From: a virus
Lineage: Duplodnaviria; Caudoviricetes
Length of the DNA stretch: 61,050 nt
Virus record (IMG/VR): IMGVR_UViG_3300032075_000002
Coordinates: 1-61,050 of that record
Direction: 5' to 3' (one strand)
Position 1 is the stretch's first letter, and every line of letters begins with the position of its first letter. This document shows positions 30,469 through 39,180 of the stretch, one piece after another. The notes under the pieces are model-generated. The model saw only the letters and a list, made by a program, of their open reading frames with translations, was not told where the DNA came from and did not search any database. A program made the position numbers and the translations under genes.

Positions 30469-30851
30469 CAGTTCTTCTCCTCCGGCATGGTCACCGTGAT
30501 GACCAGCCCGTAGGTCTTCTGGGTGAGCTTGTACTCCGCCGGGCTCAGGAACTCCTTCGCCTTGGTGGAGTTGGCGGTCATCAGGCTCACCTGCTTGAGC
30601 TTGGCCGCCGACAGGTTCTCCTGTGCCGTGGCCGCGTCGAACCGGCGGTTCCACCGGATGCCGACCTTCAGCCCGTTGTCCAGGGTCGGCGCCTTCGGCA
30701 CCGCCATGGCCTCGTACCGGCGGGCCAGCTCCGCCTTGGCGGCCTTGACGATCGCCTCCTTCTCCGCCACCTCGGCGGACAGGAGGAAGATGACCCGGGC
30801 CAGCACCTCGTTCGGCTCGCCCGAGAAGTCGGTCTCGCTCAGCTCGCTCAT
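30468..30851 (-). CDS. Hypothetical protein
   Basis: RBS AAGGAG; strong codon bias. Confidence 0.65.
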   Translation of the reverse strand: MSELSETDFSGEPNEVLARVIFLLSAEVAEKEAIVKAAKAELARRYEAMAVPKAPTLDNGLKVGIRWNRRFDAATAQENLSAAKLKQVSLMTANSTKAKEFLSPAEYKLTQKTYGLVITVTMPEEKN

Positions 30852-30876
30852 GTTGTTGCTCTCCTTGGTTGGTGGA

Positions 30877-31395
30877 TCAGTAGGACGGGGAGGCCATCAG
30901 AGCCTCGTTGGACCAGCGCGTACCGCCCTCGCCGTCGCTGACCTGGTGGCTCAGGTACAGGGTGTCGATGGCGAACATGACCGGGGCCTCCACGGTCGGC
31001 GGCCGGAGCGGGGTGTCGCTGAACTTCTTGGTGATGTGCGGGACGAAGGGGTAGGTGTCGTCCAGCTTGATCTTGTTCTTCAGCAGCGACGACTCGATCC
31101 GCGCCCGCTCGTCGTAGATGCTGTGGCGGCTGATGGTCTTGGCCACCGGCTGCACCAGCAGCACGGAGACGAAGGCGCCGTCGTTGTTCAGCCACTGCGC
31201 GGAGCCGTGGACGTTGGACAGGATCGGCGACGTCGGCCAGCCCCGGTACAGGTCCGTGTTCATGGCCTCGTGGACCGCGTCGATCTCGACGTCCTTGAGG
31301 TAGGCCAGCGTGATGTGGACCTCGTCCACCCTGCTGTCGATGATGCCGGGGATGTGGAGCTGCGGGCGGGCGGCGATGAACGCGTTGGTCTTCAT
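30877..31395 (-). CDS. 2H phosphoesterase (2'-5' RNA ligase/Acb1-like fold)
   Basis: Two HxT motifs: VHITLAY and FVPHITK. Confidence 0.8.
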   Translation of the reverse strand: MKTNAFIAARPQLHIPGIIDSRVDEVHITLAYLKDVEIDAVHEAMNTDLYRGWPTSPILSNVHGSAQWLNNDGAFVSVLLVQPVAKTISRHSIYDERARIESSLLKNKIKLDDTYPFVPHITKKFSDTPLRPPTVEAPVMFAIDTLYLSHQVSDGEGGTRWSNEALMASPSY

Positions 31396-31641
31396 TTAGA
31401 TGCTCTCCTGTGCGCCGATGAACTTGGTATAGCGGGTGCAGACGTTGACCTCGATGCGTCCGATGGTGCTGGCGATCGGGGTGTCCTCGTCGTTTTCGAT
31501 GGCCATCATGGCCAGGCTGACCGAGCTGGCCCGCACCAGGTACGTCTGCACCTGGTTGTTGGGGTGCAGCGCTCCTCGCTTGAGAGCCGGTTCGTCCTCG
31601 CCCTTCAGGAACAGGCGGACCTCGTACAGGGTCTTACTCAC
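31396..31641 (-). CDS. Hypothetical protein
   Basis: RBS AAGGAG; coupled ORF. Confidence 0.55.
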   Translation of the reverse strand: MSKTLYEVRLFLKGEDEPALKRGALHPNNQVQTYLVRASSVSLAMMAIENDEDTPIASTIGRIEVNVCTRYTKFIGAQESI

Positions 31642-32182
31642 CGTCGGTCTCCTTGGTCTCGAACAGCGGCTTGGGCATGATGCCCTTGACGATGGTGTCG
31701 ATGGCCTCGCTCGCCGACGGGACCAGCGACCGACCGGTGATGGTCAGGCTGGGGTGGCGCTCCACCACGTCGGCCGCCTCCACCATCTTCCTGGCCTCGC
31801 GGAGCTTGAACTCGTACCGGGTCTGCCGGTCGATCTCGTTGCTCACCGAGGTGGCCGCCTCCTCCAGCCGCTTGGCGTACTGGATGGCGGTACCGGCGGA
31901 CAGCTCCAGGACCGGCGTACCGATCTGCTCGAACAGCTCCTGGATCTTCGCCGCTGCGCTCGTGTCCTGTGCCGACAGGCCCCGGCCTTCGAGCTGACCG
32001 AGCACGTGGATGTCCACGAGCTGGTCGGCCAGCCATGCCGCGTCACCCCGGTTGGCCACGTGCGCCAGGGCCATGATGATGGACGACACCACGTCGGTGC
32101 AGTCCATGTAGATCGGCGCCTCGTTGCCCTGGACGGTGATCTCGGGGATCTGGACCGACCGGTGCTGACGGTTAGGCTCCAC
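31634..32182 (-). CDS. Hypothetical protein
   Basis: RBS AAGGAG; coupled ORF. Confidence 0.6.
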   Translation of the reverse strand: MEPNRQHRSVQIPEITVQGNEAPIYMDCTDVVSSIIMALAHVANRGDAAWLADQLVDIHVLGQLEGRGLSAQDTSAAAKIQELFEQIGTPVLELSAGTAIQYAKRLEEAATSVSNEIDRQTRYEFKLREARKMVEAADVVERHPSLTITGRSLVPSASEAIDTIVKGIMPKPLFETKETDGE

Positions 32183-33722
32183 GGTAGAACTCCTTCATCG
32201 TGATCGTGTTCTCCTCGGTGCGTACGTACACACCTTGGTCGATGGTGTCCCGACTCTCGATGTACCAGCGGTTCACCGGCCGCTCCTGTCCACTGCGGAC
32301 CAAGCGGGCCTTGCACTGCTCATTGAGCAGGTTGTTCTCGTCCTTGCTCAGCCAAATCTCATTGGCACAGACGAGCTGGAGTCCGTCCGTCCCTTCCGAG
32401 ATCGCTGCGATGACGGCCACGATGATACGCGGCCCGCCCTTGCGGCCGAACGTTTGCAGGATGCGTCGTCGCTCCTCCTGCTTGGTCTCGCCGGTCCACG
32501 CTACAGCATTCTTGCCAAGCTGGTGGACCACGGGCTCAACGAACCGGCGGCTGTGAGTGTAGATCATGACCGGCTCGTTCTCGGCGAGGTCGGAGATGAT
32601 CTCCTTGACTGCGGTGATCTTGTTCGACGTCGTCGTCGGCTTGAAGAACACCTCCAGCTTCTCCTCGTCGTACTCCTCTTCCTGCTGCTCGGTGTCCCAC
32701 ACCCAGTCGGTGGTGCCCTCGTCGTCGAGGATTACCTCCTTCCGTACAGTGCGCTCGAACGTGCGCTTCTTCGTCTTGACGACGATGCCCGCGTTCGGGT
32801 TACCGAGCGCCACCTGCCGCAGGCGGATCCGCTGGGTGATGGGCAGTGGTGTATCCACCGGCTGCTCATCCAACCATGCGAACGCCTGGTCCAGGAAGTT
32901 CCTGTAAATCTTGGCCTGCGTGGGCAGCATGTCCACTTCCACCCGACGCTCGATGACGTCAGGCAGATCGAGGACCACGTCCGCCAGCTCGACCCGGCTG
33001 TAGCTGGGGATGTCGGCGATCGTTGCCCCAGGCTCCTTCTCACCCACGATCTTGATGTGAGCGTACGGGCAAGGCTCGGTGACCATGGTGTCGTTGACCC
33101 ACGGCCAGTAGTGCGGGTACTTCCCGGGCCACAGCCAGTGCAGCGTGGACCAGATGCCCTCCGGCTTGTTGCCCGCAGGGGTACCCGACATGGCCAGCTT
33201 GCGCTCGGCCTGGATGATGTTCATGACCTTGGCTGCCAAGCTCCGGCGGTTCTGCATCCGGTGGCACTCGTCGGCGACGACCAGGTCCCACGTACCCGTC
33301 TTGGACCACGGCGGAATGTGGCTGATCTCGCTGATGACTTCCTTGGTGTTCGGGTCCTTGACCTTCTCGACCCGCCCGGCCATCGCTTCCCAGCCGATGA
33401 TGAACACCCCGGGCAGCTTGAACGTACCGACCATGCGGGACCAGTTCTCCGGGTCCGCCTGCGGTGTGCCCACCGTGTAGATGGCCACCTCTTCCCCGAG
33501 CTGTCGGCGGAGGGTGGACTCCCAACCAGGGTGGGTGTTGAGCGGGGCCACGATCAGGGCACGGAGCCGGGGGTTCTCCTTGGCTTCCCGGATCTGCCTG
33601 CCCAGCTCGACCGCGACCAGCGTCTTCCCTGTGCCCATGTCCCAGGCCACGAGGCTCGACCTGTTCTTGACGAACTGGTCGAATCCTTCCTGCTGGTAAC
33701 CACGTAGCGTGTATCGCTTCAC
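32172..33722 (-). CDS. SF2 (SNF2-like) DNA helicase
   Basis: LRGYQ, DMGTGKT, DECH, SGTP, EGTDGLQ, QCKARLVRSGQ. Confidence 0.92.
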   Translation of the reverse strand: MKRYTLRGYQQEGFDQFVKNRSSLVAWDMGTGKTLVAVELGRQIREAKENPRLRALIVAPLNTHPGWESTLRRQLGEEVAIYTVGTPQADPENWSRMVGTFKLPGVFIIGWEAMAGRVEKVKDPNTKEVISEISHIPPWSKTGTWDLVVADECHRMQNRRSLAAKVMNIIQAERKLAMSGTPAGNKPEGIWSTLHWLWPGKYPHYWPWVNDTMVTEPCPYAHIKIVGEKEPGATIADIPSYSRVELADVVLDLPDVIERRVEVDMLPTQAKIYRNFLDQAFAWLDEQPVDTPLPITQRIRLRQVALGNPNAGIVVKTKKRTFERTVRKEVILDDEGTTDWVWDTEQQEEEYDEEKLEVFFKPTTTSNKITAVKEIISDLAENEPVMIYTHSRRFVEPVVHQLGKNAVAWTGETKQEERRRILQTFGRKGGPRIIVAVIAAISEGTDGLQLVCANEIWLSKDENNLLNEQCKARLVRSGQERPVNRWYIESRDTIDQGVYVRTEENTITMKEFYRGA

Positions 33723-34084
33723 TGCACGTGCCTCCATGACTCTCTACGTACGATCTTCTTGATCGCACCCGGGGTGATCTTGTACCAAGCAGCCAAGGTG
33801 TTCACTCCCACCGGGGTCGGACTCGCCCACATCTCGCGGATGTCTCGGATGTCCTGCTCCTTCAGGTGGGTACCATAGTGCTTGCTGCCGACCGGCGGGC
33901 CGTTCTTCGGACGACCGGGCGAACCGTAGCTGTGCTCCGGGCACCAGTCCTTGACCTTGTTCTTGTCTCTGGACCAGCCCTTGGCGAACGCCGCCTTCCT
34001 CGCTTCGACGGCGGTTCCGGTGCTGCGGAACTTCTTCTTGCAGTCCTCTCCGTCGCAGCGAATGATGCGGACGATCTCCAACAT
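33719..34084 (-). CDS. Zn-binding/HTH DNA-binding protein
   Basis: CDGEDC...WCPEH and C-terminal LAAWYKITPGAIKKIVRRESW (HTH tail like those of HNH proteins). Confidence 0.6.
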   Translation of the reverse strand: MLEIVRIIRCDGEDCKKKFRSTGTAVEARKAAFAKGWSRDKNKVKDWCPEHSYGSPGRPKNGPPVGSKHYGTHLKEQDIRDIREMWASPTPVGVNTLAAWYKITPGAIKKIVRRESWRHVQ

Positions 34085-34100
34085 GCTGTACCTCCTAACA

Positions 34101-34130
34101 CCAAAACCCCGCCTCACATGAGACGGGGTA
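34101..34130 (-). terminator. Intrinsic terminator
   Basis: ACCCCGTCTCA-TG-TGAGGCGGGGT followed by TTT. Confidence 0.75.
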
Positions 34131-34227
34131 GTGGTGCATGTTCAGTGCCGTAGACAGGGGTACTCCGCCCCGCACCAGCAGTGACCGTTGGTGATCCTGT
34201 GGATCAGTCGAAGCAGTCTGTCCATGG

Positions 34228-34545
34228 CTACTCCTTACTGTGCTTGGCCGCGATCCTCGCGTCCACTTCCTTCCACCGCGACGCTGCGGTGTCCGCACCC
34301 CACCCCTTCAGGGTGGCGTACCACTCGCGGAACCTGGGCAGGTCGGACGGCGCCCAGCCGTAGCTGAACTTCTGTCCGGCGCCCCTGGCCAGGCTCTGCG
34401 TGATCCGGGTGACCGGCGCGGGCAGCGGGGTCTTGCTGTCCGTCCCCGGTCCATGACGGTAGATCCACTGGTGGACGGCCGTCGGGTTCGCACCGCAGTA
34501 TTCAGCTATCGCGCTGACACCGAGTGCGTCGATGGTGGTGTTCAT
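34228..34545 (-). CDS. Helix-turn-helix DNA-binding protein
   Basis: GVSAIAEYCGANPTAVHQWIYR...PLPAP. Confidence 0.65.
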   Translation of the reverse strand: MNTTIDALGVSAIAEYCGANPTAVHQWIYRHGPGTDSKTPLPAPVTRITQSLARGAGQKFSYGWAPSDLPRFREWYATLKGWGADTAASRWKEVDARIAAKHSKE

Positions 34546-34553
34546 GTATCTCC

Positions 34554-35570
34554 CTATCGAGTAAGTCGGGTCACCTTGGACCTGGTGGCAAGAGGTAGTC
34601 CCTCATGCCCAACCCAGTGAGCAGGTATCCAGATCGGGTGCTCCCTCATTTCGGGGGAGAACCTTTCGCTCTTGTACTCCCGCCAATGGCCACGGCGATC
34701 GTACCGCACCGAGAGCACCCGTGAAGAGGGCGACTCCCCACCTTCATTGGTCGGGTTTCGCTTGACGTCGCGCTTGTCGATCACCGTGACCGACTTGCCC
34801 AACTGCGGGTTGATCGAGTTGATCCGCCGCCACGAGGAGCGCGGCGCATCTACCACGGACCGGGCCGTCACCGTCTGCTTGAGCATGAGGACGGCACAGA
34901 GCAGGACCCGGAGCGGGTGGCGCGGGTCGTCCTCGTCCCGCACGTGCCCCATCAGACCGCTCACGGACGACACGAAGGACGCGCAGACGATGAGCGGGCC
35001 GACGGCCGCGACCACCTTCCGGACGTCCCTGAGGGGCACAGGGCGCTCCCCGAGAGCGTCGGGGATGACCTTGGCCGTGAGTCCCAGGAACTTGGACGTG
35101 TCCGCCCATGCCGTCACTCGCATCATGTCTCCGTAGATCATCCAGGAGATGGCTGCGATGGGGGTGGTCTGCTGTGTCTCGGCCGTCTTCGAGAAGGCGT
35201 TCATGAGGATCGGCTTCTCGAAGAACATGATGCCGTGATCGGTGTGGAACCAGTGGCGTTGGGCCACCATGTCCAGCGGCAGCTCACCGGCTGCCTCCAG
35301 TACGTCCTTGACCTTGTGCTTGGCGATGATGAACAGCTCGGCGATCCCGATGCTGGCCGCCATCCTCCGTGCTGCCGCTGCTGCGGCCAGCTTCTCCCTC
35401 TCCGACGGACCGAAGGCGCGCAGTGCGCCGTAGTCCTCGCCACTGTCCAGCCAGGACAGCATGTTTGCTCCCCCGCATGGACCATCGGCCTTGAGGAAGT
35501 TCACCACTTCCGCTCGGAGTTCGGGGCAGTGCTTGGGGTAGATCACATCCAATGCCATTGACTCTCCCAT
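34554..35570 (-). CDS. Conserved phage hypothetical protein
   Basis: C-terminal RRGHWR...IWIPAHWVG motif common in phage proteins. Confidence 0.7.
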   Translation of the reverse strand: MGESMALDVIYPKHCPELRAEVVNFLKADGPCGGANMLSWLDSGEDYGALRAFGPSEREKLAAAAAARRMAASIGIAELFIIAKHKVKDVLEAAGELPLDMVAQRHWFHTDHGIMFFEKPILMNAFSKTAETQQTTPIAAISWMIYGDMMRVTAWADTSKFLGLTAKVIPDALGERPVPLRDVRKVVAAVGPLIVCASFVSSVSGLMGHVRDEDDPRHPLRVLLCAVLMLKQTVTARSVVDAPRSSWRRINSINPQLGKSVTVIDKRDVKRNPTNEGGESPSSRVLSVRYDRRGHWREYKSERFSPEMREHPIWIPAHWVGHEGLPLATRSKVTRLTR

Positions 35571-35585
35571 GTTGATGTACCTGCG

Positions 35586-35680
35586 TGGGGTGGACGGGAT
35601 TCGAACCCGCAGCCTCTTGCCTGCCTAGTCATCAGGCTGACCACTAAGCGTGGTGCGCTCTTCCGTTGAGCTACCACCCC
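35586..35680 (-). ncRNA. tRNA-like element with aberrant anticodon/variable region
   Basis: GGGGTGG/CCACCCC-A acceptor; TA; D-arm GCTC-AACGGAA-GAGC; T-arm GCGGG-TTCGAAT-CCCGT; ~45 nt non-canonical central region. Confidence 0.85.
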
Positions 35681-36032
35681 CGGCCTTCTCCCCGGCTCTG
35701 TGCCGGGGGAAGGGTCCTACTTGGTGCGCTGCGGCGGGATGTAGACGACGCTGTACGTTGCCGTCTTCTCCTTGCCGGACATGCATGTTGGTGCATGAGC
35801 GCGGACCTTCAGCTCTCCGCACTCGTCACAGCGGAAAGCCAGCGGGCCGCGCCCCCTCACTCGTGTCCTCCACGGCTGTCCTGCTCGCCGCCGTCTTCGG
35901 AGCGCTCGTGCTCCCCGCCCTGTGCCTCCAGGACCACACCCGCCGGGCACCCACACCACGGCGGGAAGTGCGGCGGCTTGGAGCAGCCGTTCATGATCTG
36001 TCCGGGGAGCGTACGCTTCCTCATGTTCGCCA

Positions 36033-36947
36033 TCAGAGCACCTCGTTCTCGTGAATGGATACGACTTCAGCGTCGACGACTTCGAGCTGCCCGCCCTCGT
36101 CGTCATCCGCCTCGTCCGTGTGGTCGGCTCCGAGGTTGACCTCGTAGCCCTGCTTGGCCTTCTCCTCGGGGATCCGGAGCTTGGCCTGCTCTTCCGCCTC
36201 CCTGGCAGCCTGCTTGAACTGCCGCATCTTGGCGTTGAGCATGTCCTTAATGGTCATGGTCTGACCCTTGGGGATGGTGTTGAGCAGGCCGGAGGTGAGG
36301 GCCATCTTGTGGACCTCCACCAGCGTGCTCTCGACCGTGGCATCCTCGATGTGCATCATGAGGATGTCCTCCGGGGGGATGCGCTCCATCTGTTCAGCGC
36401 GGATCGGCATCCCGTCCCCGTTGACTATGGCTCCCATCTCCTCCGGCGTGTAGAGCAGGCCCATCAGAGCCTCCTCCGCACCGTCGCGGCAGACCTGGCT
36501 GATCGCCCGCCACTTCAGCAGGCTGGCCGGGTAGTTCCGCCACGTGTCCTTGCCCAGGAGCCCGGCGTCCTCCGCGTTCGGGTTGCCCTCCGGGTTGCGC
36601 TTGAGTTCCCACGTGACCTCGTACTCGAAGTCGGGGTCGTCGGCCCTGATCAGCCACGCCGTGGCCTTCAGTCCGTTCCCCTTGACGCGGAGCTTGTGGC
36701 CTGCCCGCCGTACCAGCGCGGACATGAGCGCGGCCGATGCGGTCGGCTTGCCGTTGATCACGTACATCGCCGTGATCGCGGTGATCGGGTGGAGGTTCAG
36801 GCTCTTCGCCATCTCCGCCGCCATGATCAGGTTGCCCGGCCGTCCCCGATACTGCGCGGGGAGGAGGTCAGCAGCGGCCAACTGATTGGCCCACTGTGCC
36901 CGCTCCAGGATCCCGTTCGGCTCTTGACGAGCCAGCTCGCTACCCAT
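36033..36947 (-). CDS. RecT/ERF-like single-strand annealing recombinase
   Basis: YVINGKP...LMSALVRRAGH...W..YPASLLKWRA.SQ..RD. Confidence 0.75.
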   Translation of the reverse strand: MGSELARQEPNGILERAQWANQLAAADLLPAQYRGRPGNLIMAAEMAKSLNLHPITAITAMYVINGKPTASAALMSALVRRAGHKLRVKGNGLKATAWLIRADDPDFEYEVTWELKRNPEGNPNAEDAGLLGKDTWRNYPASLLKWRAISQVCRDGAEEALMGLLYTPEEMGAIVNGDGMPIRAEQMERIPPEDILMMHIEDATVESTLVEVHKMALTSGLLNTIPKGQTMTIKDMLNAKMRQFKQAAREAEEQAKLRIPEEKAKQGYEVNLGADHTDEADDDEGGQLEVVDAEVVSIHENEVL

Positions 36948-36969
36948 AGCCACCTTCCTGTTGTCCGAG

Positions 36970-37060
36970 TGCATCCGGGTGGATTCGAACCACCGTACCC
37001 AAGAGGCGGGGAGAGTCGGGCCGCCCTGCTTGGTGCTTTTCCGGCCTAAGCTACGGATGC
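36970..37060 (-). ncRNA. tRNA-like element with elongated anticodon arm
   Basis: GCATCCG/CGGATGC-A; D-arm GCTT...AAGC; CCAAG/CTTGG stem enclosing 25 nt (further GGGCGG/CCGCCT pairing); T-arm GGTGG-TTCGAAT-CCACC. Confidence 0.88.
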
Positions 37061-37065
37061 CGGTT

Positions 37066-37100
37066 GGCACAGGGGCGGTTGCTTAGGCCGCCCCTGTGCC
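37066..37100. repeat. Strong hairpin immediately 5' of tRNA-like element
   Basis: GGCACAGGGGCGG...CCGCCCCTGTGCC, 13-bp perfect stem. Confidence 0.75.
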
Positions 37101-37104
37101 GGTC

Positions 37105-37479
37105 TCATTCGCCGATGCGCGGGCGGCCTTGGTAGTGCCGCTGCTTGACCACGCCGACGTACCGCTCTTCCATGCCCACGTCCATGCCCCGCTCAGCCAT
37201 GTCGCTGATCAGTGAGACGTTGGCGTACACCATGGTACCCACCTTGTCCCACTCCTTGACGGTCAGGATGTGGATGCGAGTCTGCTCCTCACCCGGCAGT
37301 TGCAGGGGGATGTGCACGAGGAGTCGGCACCGCATGTGCTTGTCCCTCATGCCGTTGATGGAGTCCCGGGCGTACGTCCACTCGCCCCGCTCCACCGCCG
37401 TCATCCACTTGCCCTTGCCCTTGTTCATCACGGGGTTGAACCACTGCGTGGTGAACGTCCCCCTGAACTGCGGGGCCAT
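37105..37479 (-). CDS. Hypothetical protein
   Basis: MAPQFRG..., TGATG coupling. Confidence 0.55.
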   Translation of the reverse strand: MAPQFRGTFTTQWFNPVMNKGKGKWMTAVERGEWTYARDSINGMRDKHMRCRLLVHIPLQLPGEEQTRIHILTVKEWDKVGTMVYANVSLISDMAERGMDVGMEERYVGVVKQRHYQGRPRIGE

Positions 37480-37655
37480 CAGCCGTTGGCCGGGTTGTCT
37501 CGGTCGGCGGCGATCTCCTGCCGTCCGGCGACGTACTCGTCCACCTTCTGCTGAAGAGTGGGCGCAGGCTTGGCCGCCGCTACCGTGGCGGAGTGCTCCC
37601 ACTGAGCGTCGAACACTTCGCCGCTGGTACCCGGCTTGCTGTGCTTCCCGTCCAT
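37479..37655 (-). CDS. Small hypothetical protein
   Basis: RBS GAGGAG; MDGKHSKPG... Confidence 0.5.
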   Translation of the reverse strand: MDGKHSKPGTSGEVFDAQWEHSATVAAAKPAPTLQQKVDEYVAGRQEIAADRDNPANG

Positions 37656-37656
37656 G

Positions 37657-37887
37657 CTACTGCTCCTCGATCTTGACGGTGATCTTGTGGGTCTTGAGCA
37701 GCCGGATGACCGCACCCGACTCGGGGTTGCGGGCGACGTTCTCGACGTTGATCTTGTCGACCTCGTCGTCCACCCACCCCTTCTCGTTGGAGCTGATGAA
37801 GTCAGTACCGTACTTGACGTTCTGCTCCCACCTCCAGGCCGCTTCGAGTTCGGACGTTGCCCCGACGTAGAACACCTTGGTGCTCAC
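37657..37887 (-). CDS. Hypothetical protein
   Basis: RBS GGAGG, GTG start. Confidence 0.55.
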   Translation of the reverse strand: MSTKVFYVGATSELEAAWRWEQNVKYGTDFISSNEKGWVDDEVDKINVENVARNPESGAVIRLLKTHKITVKIEEQ

Positions 37888-37921
37888 TACGTACCTCCCT
37901 GGTCTGTACCCTACAACGCGG

Positions 37922-37946
37922 AAAGCCCCCACCAATGGTGAGGGCT
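37922..37946 (-). terminator. Intrinsic terminator
   Basis: AGCCCTCACCA-T-TGGTGGGGGCT followed by TT. Confidence 0.6.
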
Positions 37947-38029
37947 AACCGGCGTCAGGCTCCGGGCGCTACCCGCGAGGGCGCGGTATCCGGTCTCAGC
38001 CCTGCCTGCTGGGGCTGTACGGGGCCGAC

Positions 38030-38371
38030 TTACTCGAAGTCGGGGGCGTCCACGGCCGCGACGGCCGGGGCCACGTAGCGGGCGTACACGAGGTGCTTGT
38101 CGTTGGCCTCGTCGCCGTTCTCGTCGCCGATGGTGCGGGCCTGCGCCTCGAACTTGCCGCCCGCCGCCTCGGCGGCCTTGGCGTACGCGGACTGCTTGCC
38201 CTTGTTGATGTCACCGGCGAGCGAGGTGGCGGTGGCGCGCTTCGAGTAGTCGCCGACCTCGGCCCACAGGCCCGGGTTGTCGATCAGCTCGGCCGCGTTC
38301 GCCTTGTGCTGGCTCCGCGCCTGGACCTCGTCCTCGGGCAGGTCAGCGGAGGTGATGAAGTTGAGCGCCAT
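38030..38371 (-). CDS. Hypothetical protein (highly biased codon usage)
   Basis: RBS GAGGAG; NPGLWAEV...VYARYV. Confidence 0.7.
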   Translation of the reverse strand: MALNFITSADLPEDEVQARSQHKANAAELIDNPGLWAEVGDYSKRATATSLAGDINKGKQSAYAKAAEAAGGKFEAQARTIGDENGDEANDKHLVYARYVAPAVAAVDAPDFE

Positions 38372-38432
38372 GTCCGTGTCTCCTCTTGGGGTACTGCTGC
38401 GGTTGTTGTCCTGCGCGGTGTAGGTCTACAGA

Positions 38433-38693
38433 CTACCAGACTTCACCGTGGTTGCGTACGTAGGCGTGGTGCCAATACCTACGGTGACCGGTGTCACGCT
38501 TGTGCTGCACGTCCCAGGGCACAGGGTCCTGGTCGCTGTACTTCCGGACGCGGTACCGGTCGATCCGCACCCACTCTCCGTTGTTCTCCCCGCACTCCTT
38601 GCACTGGATACAGCGGTACTCAGTGCTCCGGATGCCATCGTTGGCGATCTCCGGCAGTGCGGGCAGCGGCTTGACCTCGGCCATCGGGATCAC
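38433..38693 (-). CDS. Small Zn-finger-like protein
   Basis: CKEC...QHKRDTGH. Confidence 0.55.
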   Translation of the reverse strand: MIPMAEVKPLPALPEIANDGIRSTEYRCIQCKECGENNGEWVRIDRYRVRKYSDQDPVPWDVQHKRDTGHRRYWHHAYVRNHGEVW

Positions 38694-39079
38694 TCCCCGA
38701 CGAACTTGTCCGCCTCGTTCATGGCGGCCAGCTCGCCCTTGGCCAGCTTGCGAGCCGTCTTCGGCTCCTCCTTGTAGTTGTTGACGATGTTGTGCAGGCG
38801 GGGCGCGGCGACGAAGGTCACCCGCTTGTGTGCCCGGACCCTGGTCAGCTCGCCACGCTCGCGGCCGTCGATGTCCCGGACGTCCACCTCCGAGAGCTGG
38901 AACGTACCGAAGTTGTTGAAGTTGACCGGCTGACCGCCCGCGATGCAGGCGAACAGGGTCTCGACCACCCGGGTGACCTCCACGAGGGCCCCGTCCTTGG
39001 TCAGGTCGTGCAGTTCGGCGTGAGCCTCCACGAAAGCGCCCTTACCCAGCCGTCCGTCGATGCGGATCACCGTGGCCAT
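38690..39079 (-). CDS. HU/IHF-like DNA-binding protein
   Basis: GQPVNFNNFGTFQL...RAHKRVTFVAAPRLHNIVN signature. Confidence 0.85.
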   Translation of the reverse strand: MATVIRIDGRLGKGAFVEAHAELHDLTKDGALVEVTRVVETLFACIAGGQPVNFNNFGTFQLSEVDVRDIDGRERGELTRVRAHKRVTFVAAPRLHNIVNNYKEEPKTARKLAKGELAAMNEADKFVGE

Positions 39080-39127
39080 GTTCTCTCCCTGCTTGTCCGT
39101 GTGCCGGTTAGGGACCGGCGGCCCGAG

Positions 39128-39174
39128 TGCCTGCGCCCGACTCGAACGGGACTGCCACCCTGTATGGGGCAGGC
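39128..39174 (-). ncRNA. Minimal tRNA-like element (acceptor + T-arm)
   Basis: GCCTGC/GCAGGC-ACTC; CCCG-TTCGAGT-CGGG; short CCC-ATACA-GGG insert. Confidence 0.7.
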
Positions 39175-39180
39175 TGTGGA

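Noticed and set aside
34142-34225. Another tRNA-like fold
   Set aside because: No T-loop; better explained as a 27-aa ORF with RBS AAGGAG
34228-34545. Immunity repressor or lysogeny module
   Set aside because: HTH only; no integrase, attP or parAB recognised nearby
35615-35640. CTGATGA hammerhead core inside the tRNA-like element
   Set aside because: No GAAA partner or three-stem arrangement
35586-37060. Calling the cloverleafs functional tRNA genes
   Set aside because: No 7-nt anticodon loop with U33, so no anticodon can be assigned
37960-38020. TPP riboswitch suggested by GCTGAGA
   Set aside because: The P4/P5 consensus (CTGAT...TAATGC...GCG.AGG) is missing
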